NCBI GenBank assembly: GCA_964016885.1
Contig: OZ024742.1
Span: 37,200,001 to 37,264,000, forward strand
Length of the DNA stretch: 64,000 bases
DNA from: Eledone cirrhosa
Taxonomy: Eukaryota
Reading direction: 5' to 3'
Below, piece by piece: positions 16,321 to 30,164 of this stretch. Position 1 is the stretch's first letter; each line of letters starts with the position of its first letter. The notes under the pieces were generated by a model. The model saw only the letters and a program-made list of their open reading frames with translations. It did no database searches and had not been told where the DNA came from. Both the position numbers and the translations under genes were made by a program.

Positions 16321-16790
16321 GGGTTTTTTTGTTTTTTTGTGAATGTGTCTGTTGATTTGGCATATTGTTGATTAGTTTAAGAGAAGTTCGAAGATAATAG
16401 TAAGATATGCACTCAGTATTTTGAATCTGTCTGCAGAATTCCCTAGACCTTTGTCACTTAGCAGAACTTAATGACTTTAGCTTTTAAAGAATCTCCCTTT
16501 TCTTTAATTCTATCGAGCATGAATGACCCCCCACTGATTTTATAGACATCTGCTAGCTTAAGAGAAACTTATTGACAAGGAATGGTATGCCATCCGGAAC
16601 CTGTTTATAGAATTCTGTCTGCCTTTGTTACTCTAAAAACATAAATAAATATAAATTAACTATAGCTATGTAGAATTAGCCTTTAATGAATTCCCTTCTC
16701 TATCAACCAATGACCTGCACCCATCCCACTCCCCACCCTCTCCTACCACTTGTAGAGACCTATAAATACCATATTTATTTTTTGATACCC

Positions 16791-16841
16791 AGATTCCTGA
16801 TGATTTCTAATGAATGAAACAGTTCTAGTCCTGTAGAATCT
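16791..16841 (+). ncRNA. Type I hammerhead ribozyme in the inverted pLTR copy
   Basis: agattc CTGATGA t ttc taat gaa t GAAA cag ttctagtc ctg TA gaatct: 6-bp stem I, canonical core, GUA site, U.U at the base of stem II. Confidence 0.75.
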
Positions 16842-16862
16842 CATCTATATTAAAACTATATG

Positions 16863-16895
<33 letters not shown>

Positions 16896-16941
16896 GTATA
16901 TATATATATGTATATATATATATGTGTATATATATATATAT

Positions 16942-16981
<40 letters not shown>

Positions 16982-17020
16982 GTATATATATATATGTATA
17001 TATATATATGTATATATATG

Positions 17021-17065
<45 letters not shown>

Positions 17066-17090
17066 GTATATATATATATGTATATATATG

Positions 17091-17120
<30 letters not shown>

Positions 17121-17122
<2 letters not shown>

Positions 17123-20100
17123 AAATTTCAGGTTATCAATAATGTAGTGATAATATATCGTTACGTTAGAGATGAACAGCGTACGTGTAGGTTTGCTCAA
17201 CGAGTATAAATTATATTCCGGAGAAATGTAGAAAGGATGAATATAAAATGAAAGTGCTTTTGTTAAAAAAGGAATTTATTAGGTATTGACATATGTTTCT
17301 GTAACAGACCGAATACCTATGTATCGCTGCTTGCGTAATCATATAATGTTAGCAAGTATTCGATAGCAAATGTATAATCAGTTGTCACTTCTTCAGAGAT
17401 TTTGGATAAACTGGATAAAATCAGAAAAATTGAAGTATTTATATTAGTAAAAGAGGAAGGAACAGAGGGGATAGAATATGACAGATGGTAAAATAATTTA
17501 CTGCTAAACAAGTATATAATGGGATTTTAATGAGAATACCATGAGTAAATCTAAATAAGAATTTTGGGAGTGCCGATTTTAATCTCTACTTGACCAACTG
17601 GACAGTGGACAGGGCTGGTCATTTGGTGCAGTAGTATTAATCATAAAGTGTCAATTGGAGAAGGGGGAGATTTCGATTGCTACTAAATAACATCAATGCT
17701 AGTAGTCAGCTGGTATTTCCACTAGGGAATTGAATCAAAAAATCAGAAATCACATTTTATCTATAGCAGTTTGTATTAAAAGGTAAATAATAGAAGAGTT
17801 GATAGAATTAAGACTAATAAAGAATGTTCATATCTATTTTGACAATCAAACGGGGATAGAGACAGGCGTTCAATCCTGGTAGTATTTATAATATGAAAAT
17901 GTAGATTTTAAGCGATGGTTACAGTATAACGATCGCTCTATTCTGTTATTTAATAAAATGTTTTTGGATTTCATAATACAAAATAATTCTACATTACATA
18001 ATTTACAAAATTCCTGTCCATTGGAATATGGGGGGGCAGTTGCTATTATATCCCATTTTAGGTGAAATTGTTGGTTATTTTCACGCAGCTGCCAAGCCTT
18101 GTCTGCGAGTGTTGTTACATAACGCTGGTTTTCATGTTTTATCGAATAACGATGTCTATAAAGGCGTGATTTAAAGGAGGTGGCTGTAGATCCCACATAG
18201 TACCACTTCTGTCTATCCGATTCGATAGTACATTTGTATACGATGTTGCGTTCAAGACACTGATTGTTCAACGGACACATTCCTGGTTGGACACAGTTGC
18301 AATTACAATTTTGCGTTGTTGTATTGCCATGGATGGGTTGATGAGGTTGCTTATGCAGGACAGGATGTTGTTTGTTGTTTTGTGATGTTATAGCTAATGT
18401 TTTACGTGTATTGTTATGTGTTGGAAGGCGTTTATACAACCGTTTTGCGTTAAGCATTTTTATATGTTGTTCAATATTAGGGGCGGTTGAATATGAAAGT
18501 CGGATGGTGTTAGGGTTTAAGATTTTATTATATTTATGTGATGTTGGAAAGTGTTTTCTAACTAATCGAAAGAATTTTGTGGGTAGATTGGTTTTAATAG
18601 ATTTGTTATAGACCGGGTTGTACCAGATATACTCCTTACATCGCCTTCTGTTTGGTGGTGTGCGACTATTATTGTGTCTATTGCGGTAGTGTATGTATGG
18701 TGGTGATTCTGTGCTATTTCTACTCCTATGTGATTTATTTTGGGTGTTTTGGTGATCATTGACTATATACTCTATATTATCTAGGTGACCGGCTTTCCTA
18801 AGTGCATCATCATAATACTCGGCATGTTCTTTGAAGGTTTGTTGGTTGGACGATAGGCGGGAGATTCTAAGAGAAACATTTCTAGGGATGGATTTAATTA
18901 TAGAGAGTGGATGGTTAGAACTCGTATTTACATATTTAAGGTTCTCATTTAGTTTATGGAACGGTTTAATCGTATCTGTATTGAGATTGAAAGTAACATC
19001 AAGGAAATTGACCTCTTTGAGGTTATATTCAAATGTAATATTTAATCCTAGTTCTTTAAAAAGTTTTCTGATATTTTTACGCATCCTTTCTAAATTCTGG
19101 TTATTCATATTCTTAACTAATAGGAGCGCATCGTCACGGTAAATTCCACCGTGGAGATCCTTGAATTTTCCTTGTAATCTGTGGGTGATATAAATTCCCA
19201 CAAGATCTGTTACTTCCGCCGAATCATTAGAACCCATAGTGATATCAAAATTAGAAGGTCTATCTTTGCGAACCCAGTAGCTATCATCGAATTTAACTAT
19301 AGTTTTTCTCGCTTCCATAATAATTTTAATTTCAGCATCCGTAAGGTCGGAATTATCCTTAGCGAACGAAAGAGCTTCATGTAGAGTATCAGGTGAAATT
19401 GAGGAATAATATTCATCAATATCAAACTGAATAAATTTTGATTTTTTCTTATCAGTAATGTTGTTAAACCATCTTATTGCTTCATGAGTGTTACCCCATA
19501 GTTTAATCTCTACTTTAACCTTAACTTGGGGGATAATTCTGTCTAGTATATATTTGCTAATTTTACCTATATCAGATTTAGAGGGGCATATAAGTCTAAT
19601 ATTAGGGTTAGTATCGAAGTTTACCTTGTGGTCCTTCAGGTTGAAGGATGGTATAGCTGGTGTTAAGGGTTGCGTTCTATCGTCAATACAAAGTTTTTTA
19701 ACAATATCACATGCCGAGTTGTTGATGTTTTTAAGTGTGGCTTCATTAGTTTTCCTGTATTTTTTATGCAATTCCTTACGGATGAAGTTATTGTAAGTGT
19801 CCACATCCATGGTATATACGTTTGATGTTTTGTCTGCTCTAACAATAACTCCATTGGCGTTTTTTAGATTATTGAGCAGTGCCATGATGTCATTCTGTAG
19901 TTTATTGTTCTTACGTTTTGTAAATTTGATCTCCATGATCATATCCATTAGGTCTTGTTCAAATGCATCCAAAAGTGGGTTTGAGGGTGGGTTCTTGTAA
20001 GATTTAAATCCAAATTTATCCTTGTTAAGATCCGATGTTTGGTTTATACGGCTTTTGTCAAAATGGAATGTTTTCCATCTGATTCGTCGAATAAAATCAT

Positions 20101-20538
20101 TGGTCCTTCGTATCATACCTAGAATATATTCCCTTTTTGCCTGAATAGGTATGTTTTTTAACGACATATCCAATTGGTGCCTTTCCATTTTAGAAGCGTA
20201 TGCTGAATTAGTTGCTCAACTGTATAGGAGATTAATAAAATTTCAGGTTATCAATAATGTAGTGATAATATATCGTTACGTTAGAGATGAACAGCGTACG
20301 TGCAGGTTTGCTCAACGAGTATAAATTATATTCCGGAGAAATGTAGAAAGGATGAATATAAAATGAAAGTGCTTTTGTTAAAAAAGGAATTTATTAGGTA
20401 TTGACATATGTTTCTGTAACAGACCGAATACCTATGTATCGCTGCTTGCGTAATCATATAATGTTAGCAAGTATTCGATAGCAAATGTATAATCAGTTGT
20501 CACTTCTTCAGAGATTTTGGATAAACTGGATAAAATCA
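17121..20538 (-). mobile_element. Apparently intact, young Penelope-like retroelement (Hydra-clade-like) with direct pseudo-LTRs, inserted in (TA)n
   Basis: 303-bp direct repeats 17121-17423 and 20236-20538 (one mismatch seen) flank an uninterrupted RT-GIY-YIG ORF. Confidence 0.93.
17870..20188 (-). CDS. PLE polyprotein: reverse transcriptase plus C-terminal GIY-YIG endonuclease, 772 aa
   Basis: Motifs RADK, FIQFDIDEYYSSI, ITMGS, GIYRDDAL, NFLDVTF, SNHP, CNC-x5-CPL...CL, IVY...YVG and CKLC..E. Confidence 0.93.
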   Translation of the reverse strand: MERHQLDMSLKNIPIQAKREYILGMIRRTNDFIRRIRWKTFHFDKSRINQTSDLNKDKFGFKSYKNPPSNPLLDAFEQDLMDMIMEIKFTKRKNNKLQNDIMALLNNLKNANGVIVRADKTSNVYTMDVDTYNNFIRKELHKKYRKTNEATLKNINNSACDIVKKLCIDDRTQPLTPAIPSFNLKDHKVNFDTNPNIRLICPSKSDIGKISKYILDRIIPQVKVKVEIKLWGNTHEAIRWFNNITDKKKSKFIQFDIDEYYSSISPDTLHEALSFAKDNSDLTDAEIKIIMEARKTIVKFDDSYWVRKDRPSNFDITMGSNDSAEVTDLVGIYITHRLQGKFKDLHGGIYRDDALLLVKNMNNQNLERMRKNIRKLFKELGLNITFEYNLKEVNFLDVTFNLNTDTIKPFHKLNENLKYVNTSSNHPLSIIKSIPRNVSLRISRLSSNQQTFKEHAEYYDDALRKAGHLDNIEYIVNDHQNTQNKSHRSRNSTESPPYIHYRNRHNNSRTPPNRRRCKEYIWYNPVYNKSIKTNLPTKFFRLVRKHFPTSHKYNKILNPNTIRLSYSTAPNIEQHIKMLNAKRLYKRLPTHNNTRKTLAITSQNNKQHPVLHKQPHQPIHGNTTTQNCNCNCVQPGMCPLNNQCLERNIVYKCTIESDRQKWYYVGSTATSFKSRLYRHRYSIKHENQRYVTTLADKAWQLRENNQQFHLKWDIIATAPPYSNGQEFCKLCNVELFCIMKSKNILLNNRIERSLYCNHRLKSTFSYYKYYQD

Positions 20539-20544
20539 TATATA

Positions 20545-21646
20545 TCATCATCATCATCATCACCGTTTTACGTCCGTTCTTCCACGCTAGCATGGGTTAG
20601 ACGGGTTGTCCTGTTGTGGGCAGTGTCTGGTCGGCTGACCATGCCTTGCTCATACAGGAACTGATCTGGCTTGATTTCTACAGCTGGATGCCCTTCCTAA
20701 CACCAACCTCATTTACAGTGAGTGCTGGGTGCTTTTTCGTGGCGCCTACACGTCCACTTTACAGTGTGGGCTGGGTGCTTTTTTGCCGTGGCACCTCCAC
20801 GACCACCTTGCGGTGGGGGGGGGGGGGGGGGCATATTGTTTATATGCTTCAGCATGTACCCATGGGAGGTCGGGTACCCTGTATTACTGCGTGACGCCAG
20901 AAGTCACGGTCGTGTGTCATTGACTTTGAGAGGTGTAGTTGGGTAAGGTCGGCTTTTATCACCTCATCCCAAGTCATCTTGGGTCTCCCCACTCCGCGGT
21001 TTCCATCAACTTCTAGTGCTCTGCACCTTTTTATGCAGCTGTCATCCTTCATACGCATCACATGTCCATACCAGCGTAACCGCCTCTCCTGCACGCAGCA
21101 TTTGATTCCTCTTATGCTCAGTCTCTCTCTCAATTCATTTATGCTTTGTCGTTCACGTATATTACTGTTACACATCCATCGGAGCATGCAGGCTTCGTTT
21201 CTCTCTAATCTACGTAAGTCTTCCACCTTCAGCGCCCGGGTCTCACTACCATGCAACATCGCTGTTCGGATACACGCATCATACAGTCTGCCTTTCATTC
21301 TGAGGGAGAAGCCTTTTGCAGCTAGCAGTGGTAGTAGTTCCCTAAACTTCTTCCATCCCGTTCTTACCCTAGTTATTGTACTTTCTGAGCACCCACCTCC
21401 GTTGCTAATTCGGTCACCTAGGTAGCAGAAGCTGTCTACTGTTTCTACAGGGCCCTCCCAGAGATTGGTGGTACTTGTTTCCTGTGGCTGTTTGCTTGCT
21501 GTTTCAGCACAGCTGCTGCATGTGAATCCTACATTCTTAATTAAGCTTCCTGAGATCCCGCTACATCTCTTGTGTACCCATTGTTTGCATTTGGGGCAAA
21601 GAATGGAGTTCCTACCTACACCTTTCCTACATACTGAGCAAGGCCA
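20545..21646 (-). mobile_element. RTE LINE subfamily A, 5'-truncated
   Basis: Near identical to 29065-30164; ORF end [10 protein letters not shown]; (GAT)n tail; the 5' end abuts (TA)n. Confidence 0.93.
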
Positions 21647-21649
21647 ATG

Positions 21650-21680
<31 letters not shown>

Positions 21681-21879
21681 GTATATATATATATGTATAT
21701 ATATATATGTGTATATATATATATGTATATATATATATGTATATATATATATGTATATATATGTATATATATGTATATATATATGTGTATATATATGTAT
21801 ATATATATATGTATATATATATGTATATATATATATGTATATATATATGTATATATATATGTATATGTATATGTATATG

Positions 21880-21945
<66 letters not shown>

Positions 21946-21982
21946 CATATATATATTCGTCCGCGGATGGCTAACATAACCC

Positions 21983-22266
21983 TCCGCGCCATCCAGGCCG
22001 AAACAAATGAGATCGTGTAGGTGTCACGACAAAAAAACACACAGTCCACGCTGTAATGTGGCCGTGTAGGCAACACGGTAAAAACCTCCCAGACCCACAC
22101 TGTAAATGTGGTTGGTGTTAGGAAGGGCATCCAACTGTAGAAAACCTGCCAGACAGTCCTATGCGAGCAAGACAATCACTCTTGCATCAAGTGGGACTAC
22201 CCCCGTCCAAACCCATGCAAGCGTGGAACACGGACGTTAAACGTTGATGATGATGATGATGATGAT
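21983..22266 (+). mobile_element. RTE subfamily B 3' tail, solo
   Basis: Reverse complement of 24145-24425. Confidence 0.85.
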
Positions 22267-22269
22267 ATG

Positions 22270-22324
<55 letters not shown>

Positions 22325-22417
22325 ATATATATGTATATGTATATATATATGTATATATGTATATATATATGTATATATATATGTATATATATATGTATAT
22401 ATATATGTATATATATA

Positions 22418-23029
22418 TTGTGTCAGGTCACCAGTTGGTGCTACTGGTAACATGTATCCCAGTACAACCTGTCTCATGGTCGGGTCGTTGGCGACTAAAC
22501 TGGCAACCCCACCAAGGTTTCTTGGTGAGGAGGGTGACTTTGGACATCCTGCAGGACTAAAAACAAAACCTGTCAAAGGGCAAAGGAGCTCTTAAGAGTC
22601 AATGGCCTTCCAAAATCACCGGGAGAGATGACCCCTTAGCCTTTGTCAAGGCAGAATTCTAGGAGAAGGAAAACTCTGATATAACACCTGCAACCCTGAT
22701 GGTATCCAATGATGTTGACTTGTTCTTCTTTTTGGTAAATATCATCTTGGTTAAGAGAGTGGGACTGGCTTTGTGCAATGCCTTTGCTCACTATAAAAGC
22801 TTCACGGCACAGGCATTGCTTTATATCTGGAGATCTCTCTGCACTTGTCATCACATGGTACCATGGGCCCAGCACTGTGTGTCAATAATTGTCACAGGTG
22901 TAGTGTTTGTACCAGAGTTTTCAAGTCGCTGGCTGGACTCAAAAGTCACACTCGTTCAGCGCATCGGTAGGGGTTCTCCTACATGGATATAAAGTAGTGG
23001 CCGTACTCGAAAACGAGTTGGCAGCCACC

Positions 23030-23030
<1 letters not shown>
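22418..23030 (+). mobile_element. Non-autonomous bipartite RTE-derived element (5'UTR-like part fused to a zinc-finger-bearing 3' end)
   Basis: RTE 5'UTR-type motifs ACTGGCAACCCC and GAGAAGGAAAACTCTGA; 3' C2H2-like [19 protein letters not shown]; three copies in the window, all in (TA)n. Confidence 0.7.
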
Positions 23031-24144
<1,114 letters not shown>

Positions 24145-24145
<1 letters not shown>

Positions 24146-26309
24146 CATCATCATCATCATCATCAACGTTTAACGTCCGTGTTCCACGCTTGCATGGGTT
24201 TGGACGGGGGTAGTCCCACTTGAGGCAAGAGTGATTGTCTTGCTCGCATAGGACTGTCTGGCAGGTTTTCTACAGTTGGATGCCCTTCCTAACACCAACC
24301 ACATTTACAGTGTGGGTCTGGGAGGTTTTTACCGTGTTGCCTACACGGCCACATTACAGCGTGGACTGTGTGTTTTTTTGTCGTGACACCTACACGATCT
24401 CATTTGTTTCGGCCTCGATGGCGCGGCACCAACATAACTTTACATAGAACGGGGTGGTGTGGATCGGGTGGGGGTGGTGGTGGTGGGACGGGGTGTATTT
24501 TGTTAGAGATGCCTACTGGCTGGAGTAGGTTTTACTATATATTTAGGTAAGGCGGGTCTTCTCTGTTACTGAGTACCGCCAAAGGTCTCGGTCCAGTGAC
24601 ATTGTCTTGGAGAGGTGTAAGTGTGTGATGTCGGAGTTTATCAGCTCGTCCCAGGTTTTTCTAGGTCTGCCTATTCCGTGACTATCGTCTATCTTTATTG
24701 CCCTGCACTTTGTTATACAGCTATCGACTTTCATGCGCATCACGTGTCCATACCAACGTAGCCTTCTCTCGAGTAAACAACATCTGATCCCTCTTATCTC
24801 TAATTTTTTCCTTAGTTCGTTTATGCTTTGCCGTTCACGTATATTACTGTTACACATCCAGCGGAGCATGCAAGCTTCGTTCCTCTCTAGTCTGCGTATA
24901 TCCTCTGCACACAATGCCCAGGTCTCACTGCCATGCAGCATTGCTGTTCGTACGCAGGCATCGTACAACCTGCCTTTCATTTTTAGTGAGAACCCTTTAG
25001 CAGCTAATAGTGGTATAAGCTCTCTGAACTTTTTCCAACCAGTTCTGACTCTAGCTACAGTACTTTCAGAGCACCCTCCCCCACTGCTGATTTTATCGCC
25101 CAGGTAACGGAAGCTGTCCACTATTTCTATAGAACCCTCTGCGCAATTGAAAGAGCTAGTAGTTTGTGGGCACTTGCTGCTACTTATTGCACCAGAGCAC
25201 CGGCCACATGTAAAATCTATGTTCTTAGTTAGCTTACCTGTGATCCCACTACATCTTTTATGCACCCATACTTTGCATTTAGGACATAAAATGGAGTTTC
25301 TACCTACGCCTTTCCTACACACCGAGCACGACCATTTCCCAGAAGGGACCGCCGCCTTGTTTTCTTTCCTACAAACTAGTACTTTGGTCTTAGCCAGGTT
25401 AATTTTAAGTCCTTTTGACTCTAGGCCGTGCTTCCATGTTTGGAATTTCTTCTCTAGCTCGGCCATTGATTCCGCTATGAGTGTCAGGTCGTCTGCGTAT
25501 AGGAGTTCCCATGGGCAGCCTGTCTTGAACTCCTCTGTTATAGCCTGAAGGGCAATAATAAATAGTAGTGGACTGAGAACAGAGCCCTGATGGACGCCAA
25601 CTTTTACGCTAAACTCTTCACTATATTCGTTGTTAATTCTAACCTTGCTGACTGTTTCTTTATACATGGCTTGTATAGCCCTCACAAGCCATTCGTCAAC
25701 GCCTAGTTTTCTAAGAGCCCACCAGATAATGGAGCGGGGGACTCTGTCGAAGGCTTTCTCCAAGTCGACAAAAGCTAAGTAGAGGGGTTTACCTTTAGCT
25801 AGGTACTTCTCCTGTAGTTGTCGTACTATGAAAAGAGCGTCTGTGGTACTTTTGCCTGACACAAACCCGAACTGCATTTCATCTAGGTCAATTCTCTCTC
25901 TGATTAGTTGCGCTATTACTTTTTCCGTGACCTTCATGACCTGGTCGATTAATTTAATGCCTCTATAGTTACTCCTATCTAGGGCGTCTCCTTTACCCTT
26001 ATAACAGTTAACGATGATGCTGCTATGCCAGTCCTTCGGAACAACCCCATTCTGTACGACTTGGTTAACTATGCGGGTGACCATGGTGTGTCCCACCGTG
26101 CCAGATGCCTTCAGCATCTCAGCAACTATTTCCGAAGGCCCAGCCGCCTTACCAGTCTTCATATCCTTGATTGCCTTACTTATTATACTCCCCTCGACTA
26201 ACACTGCTGGTCCCTCTATTGGGTCGATATGGGGGAGACTGCCTTTCTCCCAATTATTCTCCTCATTTAGTAGCCTTTCATAGTGACACTTCCAAGCTAC
26301 CTTCTTATC
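24145..26309 (-). mobile_element. RTE LINE subfamily B, 5'-truncated, with open RT domain
   Basis: KGKGD..NYRGIKL, QFGF, FVDLEKAFDRV, GVHQGSVLSPLLF, YADD and CCHC-like insert; stop at 24543; long 3'UTR and (GAT)n. Confidence 0.95.
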
Positions 26310-26498
26310 TGTATATATATATATATATATATAGTATATATATGTATATATATATATATATATAGTATATATATGTATATATATATATATAGTATATATA
26401 TGTATATATATATATATATATAGTATATATATGTATATATATATATATAGTATATATATGTATATATATAATATATATATATAATATAATATAGTATA

Positions 26499-26698
26499 NN
26501 NNNNNNNNNNNNNNNNNNNNNNNNNNNNNNNNNNNNNNNNNNNNNNNNNNNNNNNNNNNNNNNNNNNNNNNNNNNNNNNNNNNNNNNNNNNNNNNNNNNN
26601 NNNNNNNNNNNNNNNNNNNNNNNNNNNNNNNNNNNNNNNNNNNNNNNNNNNNNNNNNNNNNNNNNNNNNNNNNNNNNNNNNNNNNNNNNNNNNNNNNN
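26499..26698. other. Assembly gap (200 N)
   Basis: Read directly. Confidence 1.
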
Positions 26699-29600
26699 GA
26701 TGAGCTGGGGAATACACGGCAACTCTGAATCAATAGATGAAAAATGAATCTGCGAGCTACCAAGCACCCACGTGAAGCGCCAACCAGAGACCCCCTCCCC
26801 TACGAGTGTCGACAAATGCCCAAAACTCCGAGTTGGTACCATCAATGTAGGCTCAATGAAAGGAAGAGCAGGAGAAATCGTAGAAATGCTAGAGCGAAAG
26901 GAAGTTGATGTATGCTGTGTGCAAGAGACTAGATGGAGAGGAGGGTCTGCTAGAGTCCTTGTAGGAAAAAGCCAGTGCTAACAAATTTTTCTGGGTGGGA
27001 AATGACGATGGGATGGGGTGGTGTAGGTATACTATTAGCTGACAAGTGGGTAGATAAAGTAATCTCAGTGTACAGGGTAAATGCAAGAATCATTAAACTC
27101 AGACTAGTCCTGAATAAGACAATTACCACAATAATATCAGCTTACGCACCCCAATCGGGGCTGCCAGACGAACTTAAGGATAGGTTTTACGAGTCCCTAA
27201 TACACACTACTGCTCTAACAGACGACAAGGACTTCCTAATCATTGCAGGAGATTTTAACGGACACGTAGGTAAACACTGCGACGGCTTCAATAGAGTACA
27301 TGGAGGCCATGGAGTTGGCACAAGGAATGAGGAAGGATTCAGACTTCTAGAATTCTGCGACGCCAATGACATGTCGATATGTAACACAAACTTTAAAAAA
27401 CCCGACAACCACCTGATCACCTATAGATCAGGGGAGCACTCTAGTCAGTTAGATTTTATCCTCATCAGAGGACGTGACAGATGGACGGTCGTAAACACAA
27501 AAGCCTTCCCTAGTGAGGAATGTACATCCCAACATAGCTTAGTTGTCAGCGACCTCACGGTCAGAACTAGACGAGCCCTGAAACAGAGGCCAACCTGGAG
27601 AAGAAAGATCTGGAAGCTGAAAGTCCCCTCAACCAGTAACAGATTTAAAGATATTTTACTCAACGCCTACGACAGTAAAGAAGAACAGATAGAGACATTT
27701 AACGTAGAAGAGAACTGGGAGTTCCTAAAAAATAACTTACTAGAGGCGACGGATGAGGTTTGTGGCTGGAGTAAGACCTCAAGCAGGAGGAGAGTGACTT
27801 GGTGGTGGAACAATAAGGTAGATGAAGCAGTCAAGGCCAAGAGACAGGCATGGAAAGAATGGAAGAACGGGGGGAGCAGGGTACATTACATAGAGACCAA
27901 GAGGAAGCTAGGCGACAAGTATACTTAGCTAGGAGGGAAGCAGAGGATAGAAAATTCAAGCATGTTTTACAACGTGAGGACCAGAAACAGGAGTATTCAA
28001 GATTGCGAGGCAGTGTGTCAGAGATAGTTGTGATGTCATTGGAGAGAAGTGTATCCGGAATGATAAAGGTGAGCTTGCCCTCACAAGTGCTGAGAAGAAA
28101 GATGCATGGAAGAGTCATTATGATAGATTACTAAATGAGGAGAATGCATGGGAAGAAGAGACCCTACCCCACGTAGACCCTATAGAGGGACCAGCAGTAC
28201 AAGTCAGCGGCAGCGTAGTAAGTAAGGCAATCAGAGATATGAAGATAGGGAAGGCAACCGGTCCATCGGGTATAGCTGCCGAGATGCTGAAGGCATCTGG
28301 GTCTGTAGGTCACACTATAACCACACGTATCGTTAACCAGGTAATACTAGAGGGGGGCCATACCAAAAGATGGTGCAGTAGCATCATTGTCAACTGCTAC
28401 AAAGGTAAAGGCGATGCACTAGATAGAGGAAACTATAGAGGTATAAAGTTGATGACCAGGTCATGAAAGTAACAGAAAGAGTTATAGCACAGCTGATTAG
28501 GGACCGGGTTGAATATAGACGAGATGCAATTTGGGTTTGTTCCAGGGAAAGGCACCACTGATGCGCTCTTCCTTGTGAGGCAATTACAGGAAAAGTACCT
28601 AGCTAAAAGTAAGCCACTCTACTTGGCATTTGTCGACCTTGAGAAAGCCTTTGACAGAGTTCCACGTGCAGTAATCTGGTGGGCTCTTAGAAAACTAGGA
28701 GTAGATGAATGGCTTGTGAAAGCGGTACAAGCCATGTATAGGGGAGCAGTCAGCAAAGTTAGGATTGGCAATGAGTATAGCGAGGAATTTAGCGTACAGG
28801 TTGGGGTCCACCAGGGCTCTGTTCTTAGCCCTCTCCTGTTCATCATAGTCCTGCAGGCAATAACGAGGAGTTTAAGACCGGATGCCCATGGGAACTCCTG
28901 TATGCTGATGACCTCGCACTCATAGCTGAATCTATGGTAGAACTAGAGAATAAATTCCAAACCTGGAAGCAGGACTAGAGAGAAAGGGCCTCAAAGTCAA
29001 CATGACAAAGACTAAGGTCCTTATAAGTAGACGAGAAAACAGAACCCAGATCCCCTCAGGGAAATGGCCTTGCTCAGTATGTAGGAAAGGTGTAGGTAGG
29101 AACTCCATTCTTTGCCCCAAAATGCAAACAATGGGTACACAAGAGATGTAGCGGGATCTCAGGAAGCTTAATTAAGAATGTAGGATTCACATGCAGCAGC
29201 TGTGCTGAAACAGCAAGCAAACAGCCACAGGAAACAAGTACCACCAATCTCTGGGAGGGCCCTGTAGAAACAGTAGACAGCTTCTGCTACCTAGGTGACC
29301 GAATTAGCAACGGAGGTGGGTGCTCAGAAAGTACAATAACTAGGGTAAGAACGGGATGGAAGAAGTTTAGGGAACTACTACACTGCTAGCTGCAAAAGGC
29401 TTCTCCCTCAGAATGAAAGGCAGACTGTATGATGCGTGTATCCGAACAGCGATGTTGCATGGTAGTGAGACCTGGGCGCTGAAGGTGGAAGACTTACGTA
29501 GATTAGAGAGAAACGAAGCCTGCATGCTCGATGGATGTGTAACAGTAATATACGTGAACGACAAAGCATAAATGAATTGAGAGAGAGACTGAGCATAAGA

Positions 29601-30164
29601 GGAATCAAATGCTGCGTGCAGGAGAGGCGGTTACGCTGGTATGGACATGTGATGCGTATGAAGGATGACAGCTGCATAAAAAGGTGCAGAGCACTAGAAG
29701 TTGATGGAAACCGCGGAGTGGGGAGACCCAAGATGACTTGGGATGAGGTGATAAAAGCCGACCTTACCCAACTACACCTCTCAAAGTCAATGACACACGA
29801 CCGTGACTTCTGGCGTCACGCAGTAATACAGGGTACCCGACCTCCCATGGGTACATGCTGAAGCATATAAACAATATGCCCCCCCCCCCCACCGCAAGGT
29901 GGTCGTGGAGGTGCCACGGCAAAAAAGCACCCAGCCCACACTGTAAAGTGGACGTGTAGGCGCCACGAAAAAGCACCCAGCACTCACTGTAAATGAGGTT
30001 GGTGTTAGGAAGGGCATCCAGCTGTAGAAATCAAGCCAGATCAGTTCCTGTATGAGCAAGGCATGGTCAGCCGACCAGACACTGCCCACAACAGGACAAC
30101 CCGTCTAACCCATGCTAGCGTGGAAGAACGGACGTAAAACGGTGATGATGATGATGATGATGAT
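26699..30164 (+). mobile_element. RTE LINE subfamily A, near full length (APE endonuclease plus RT), multiple frameshifts
   Basis: [36 protein letters not shown] (APE); QFGF, DLEKAFD, YADD across frames; 3'UTR and (GAT)n. The 1-bp indels could be sequencing errors. Confidence 0.95.

Noticed and set aside
17870-20188. Selenocysteine-encoding Naiad-type PLE
   Set aside because: The endonuclease is C-terminal and there is no in-frame TGA within the ORF.
24543-26717. 724-aa ORF as a complete protein
   Set aside because: It reads through microsatellite and the 200-N gap; only 24543-26309 is RTE coding sequence.
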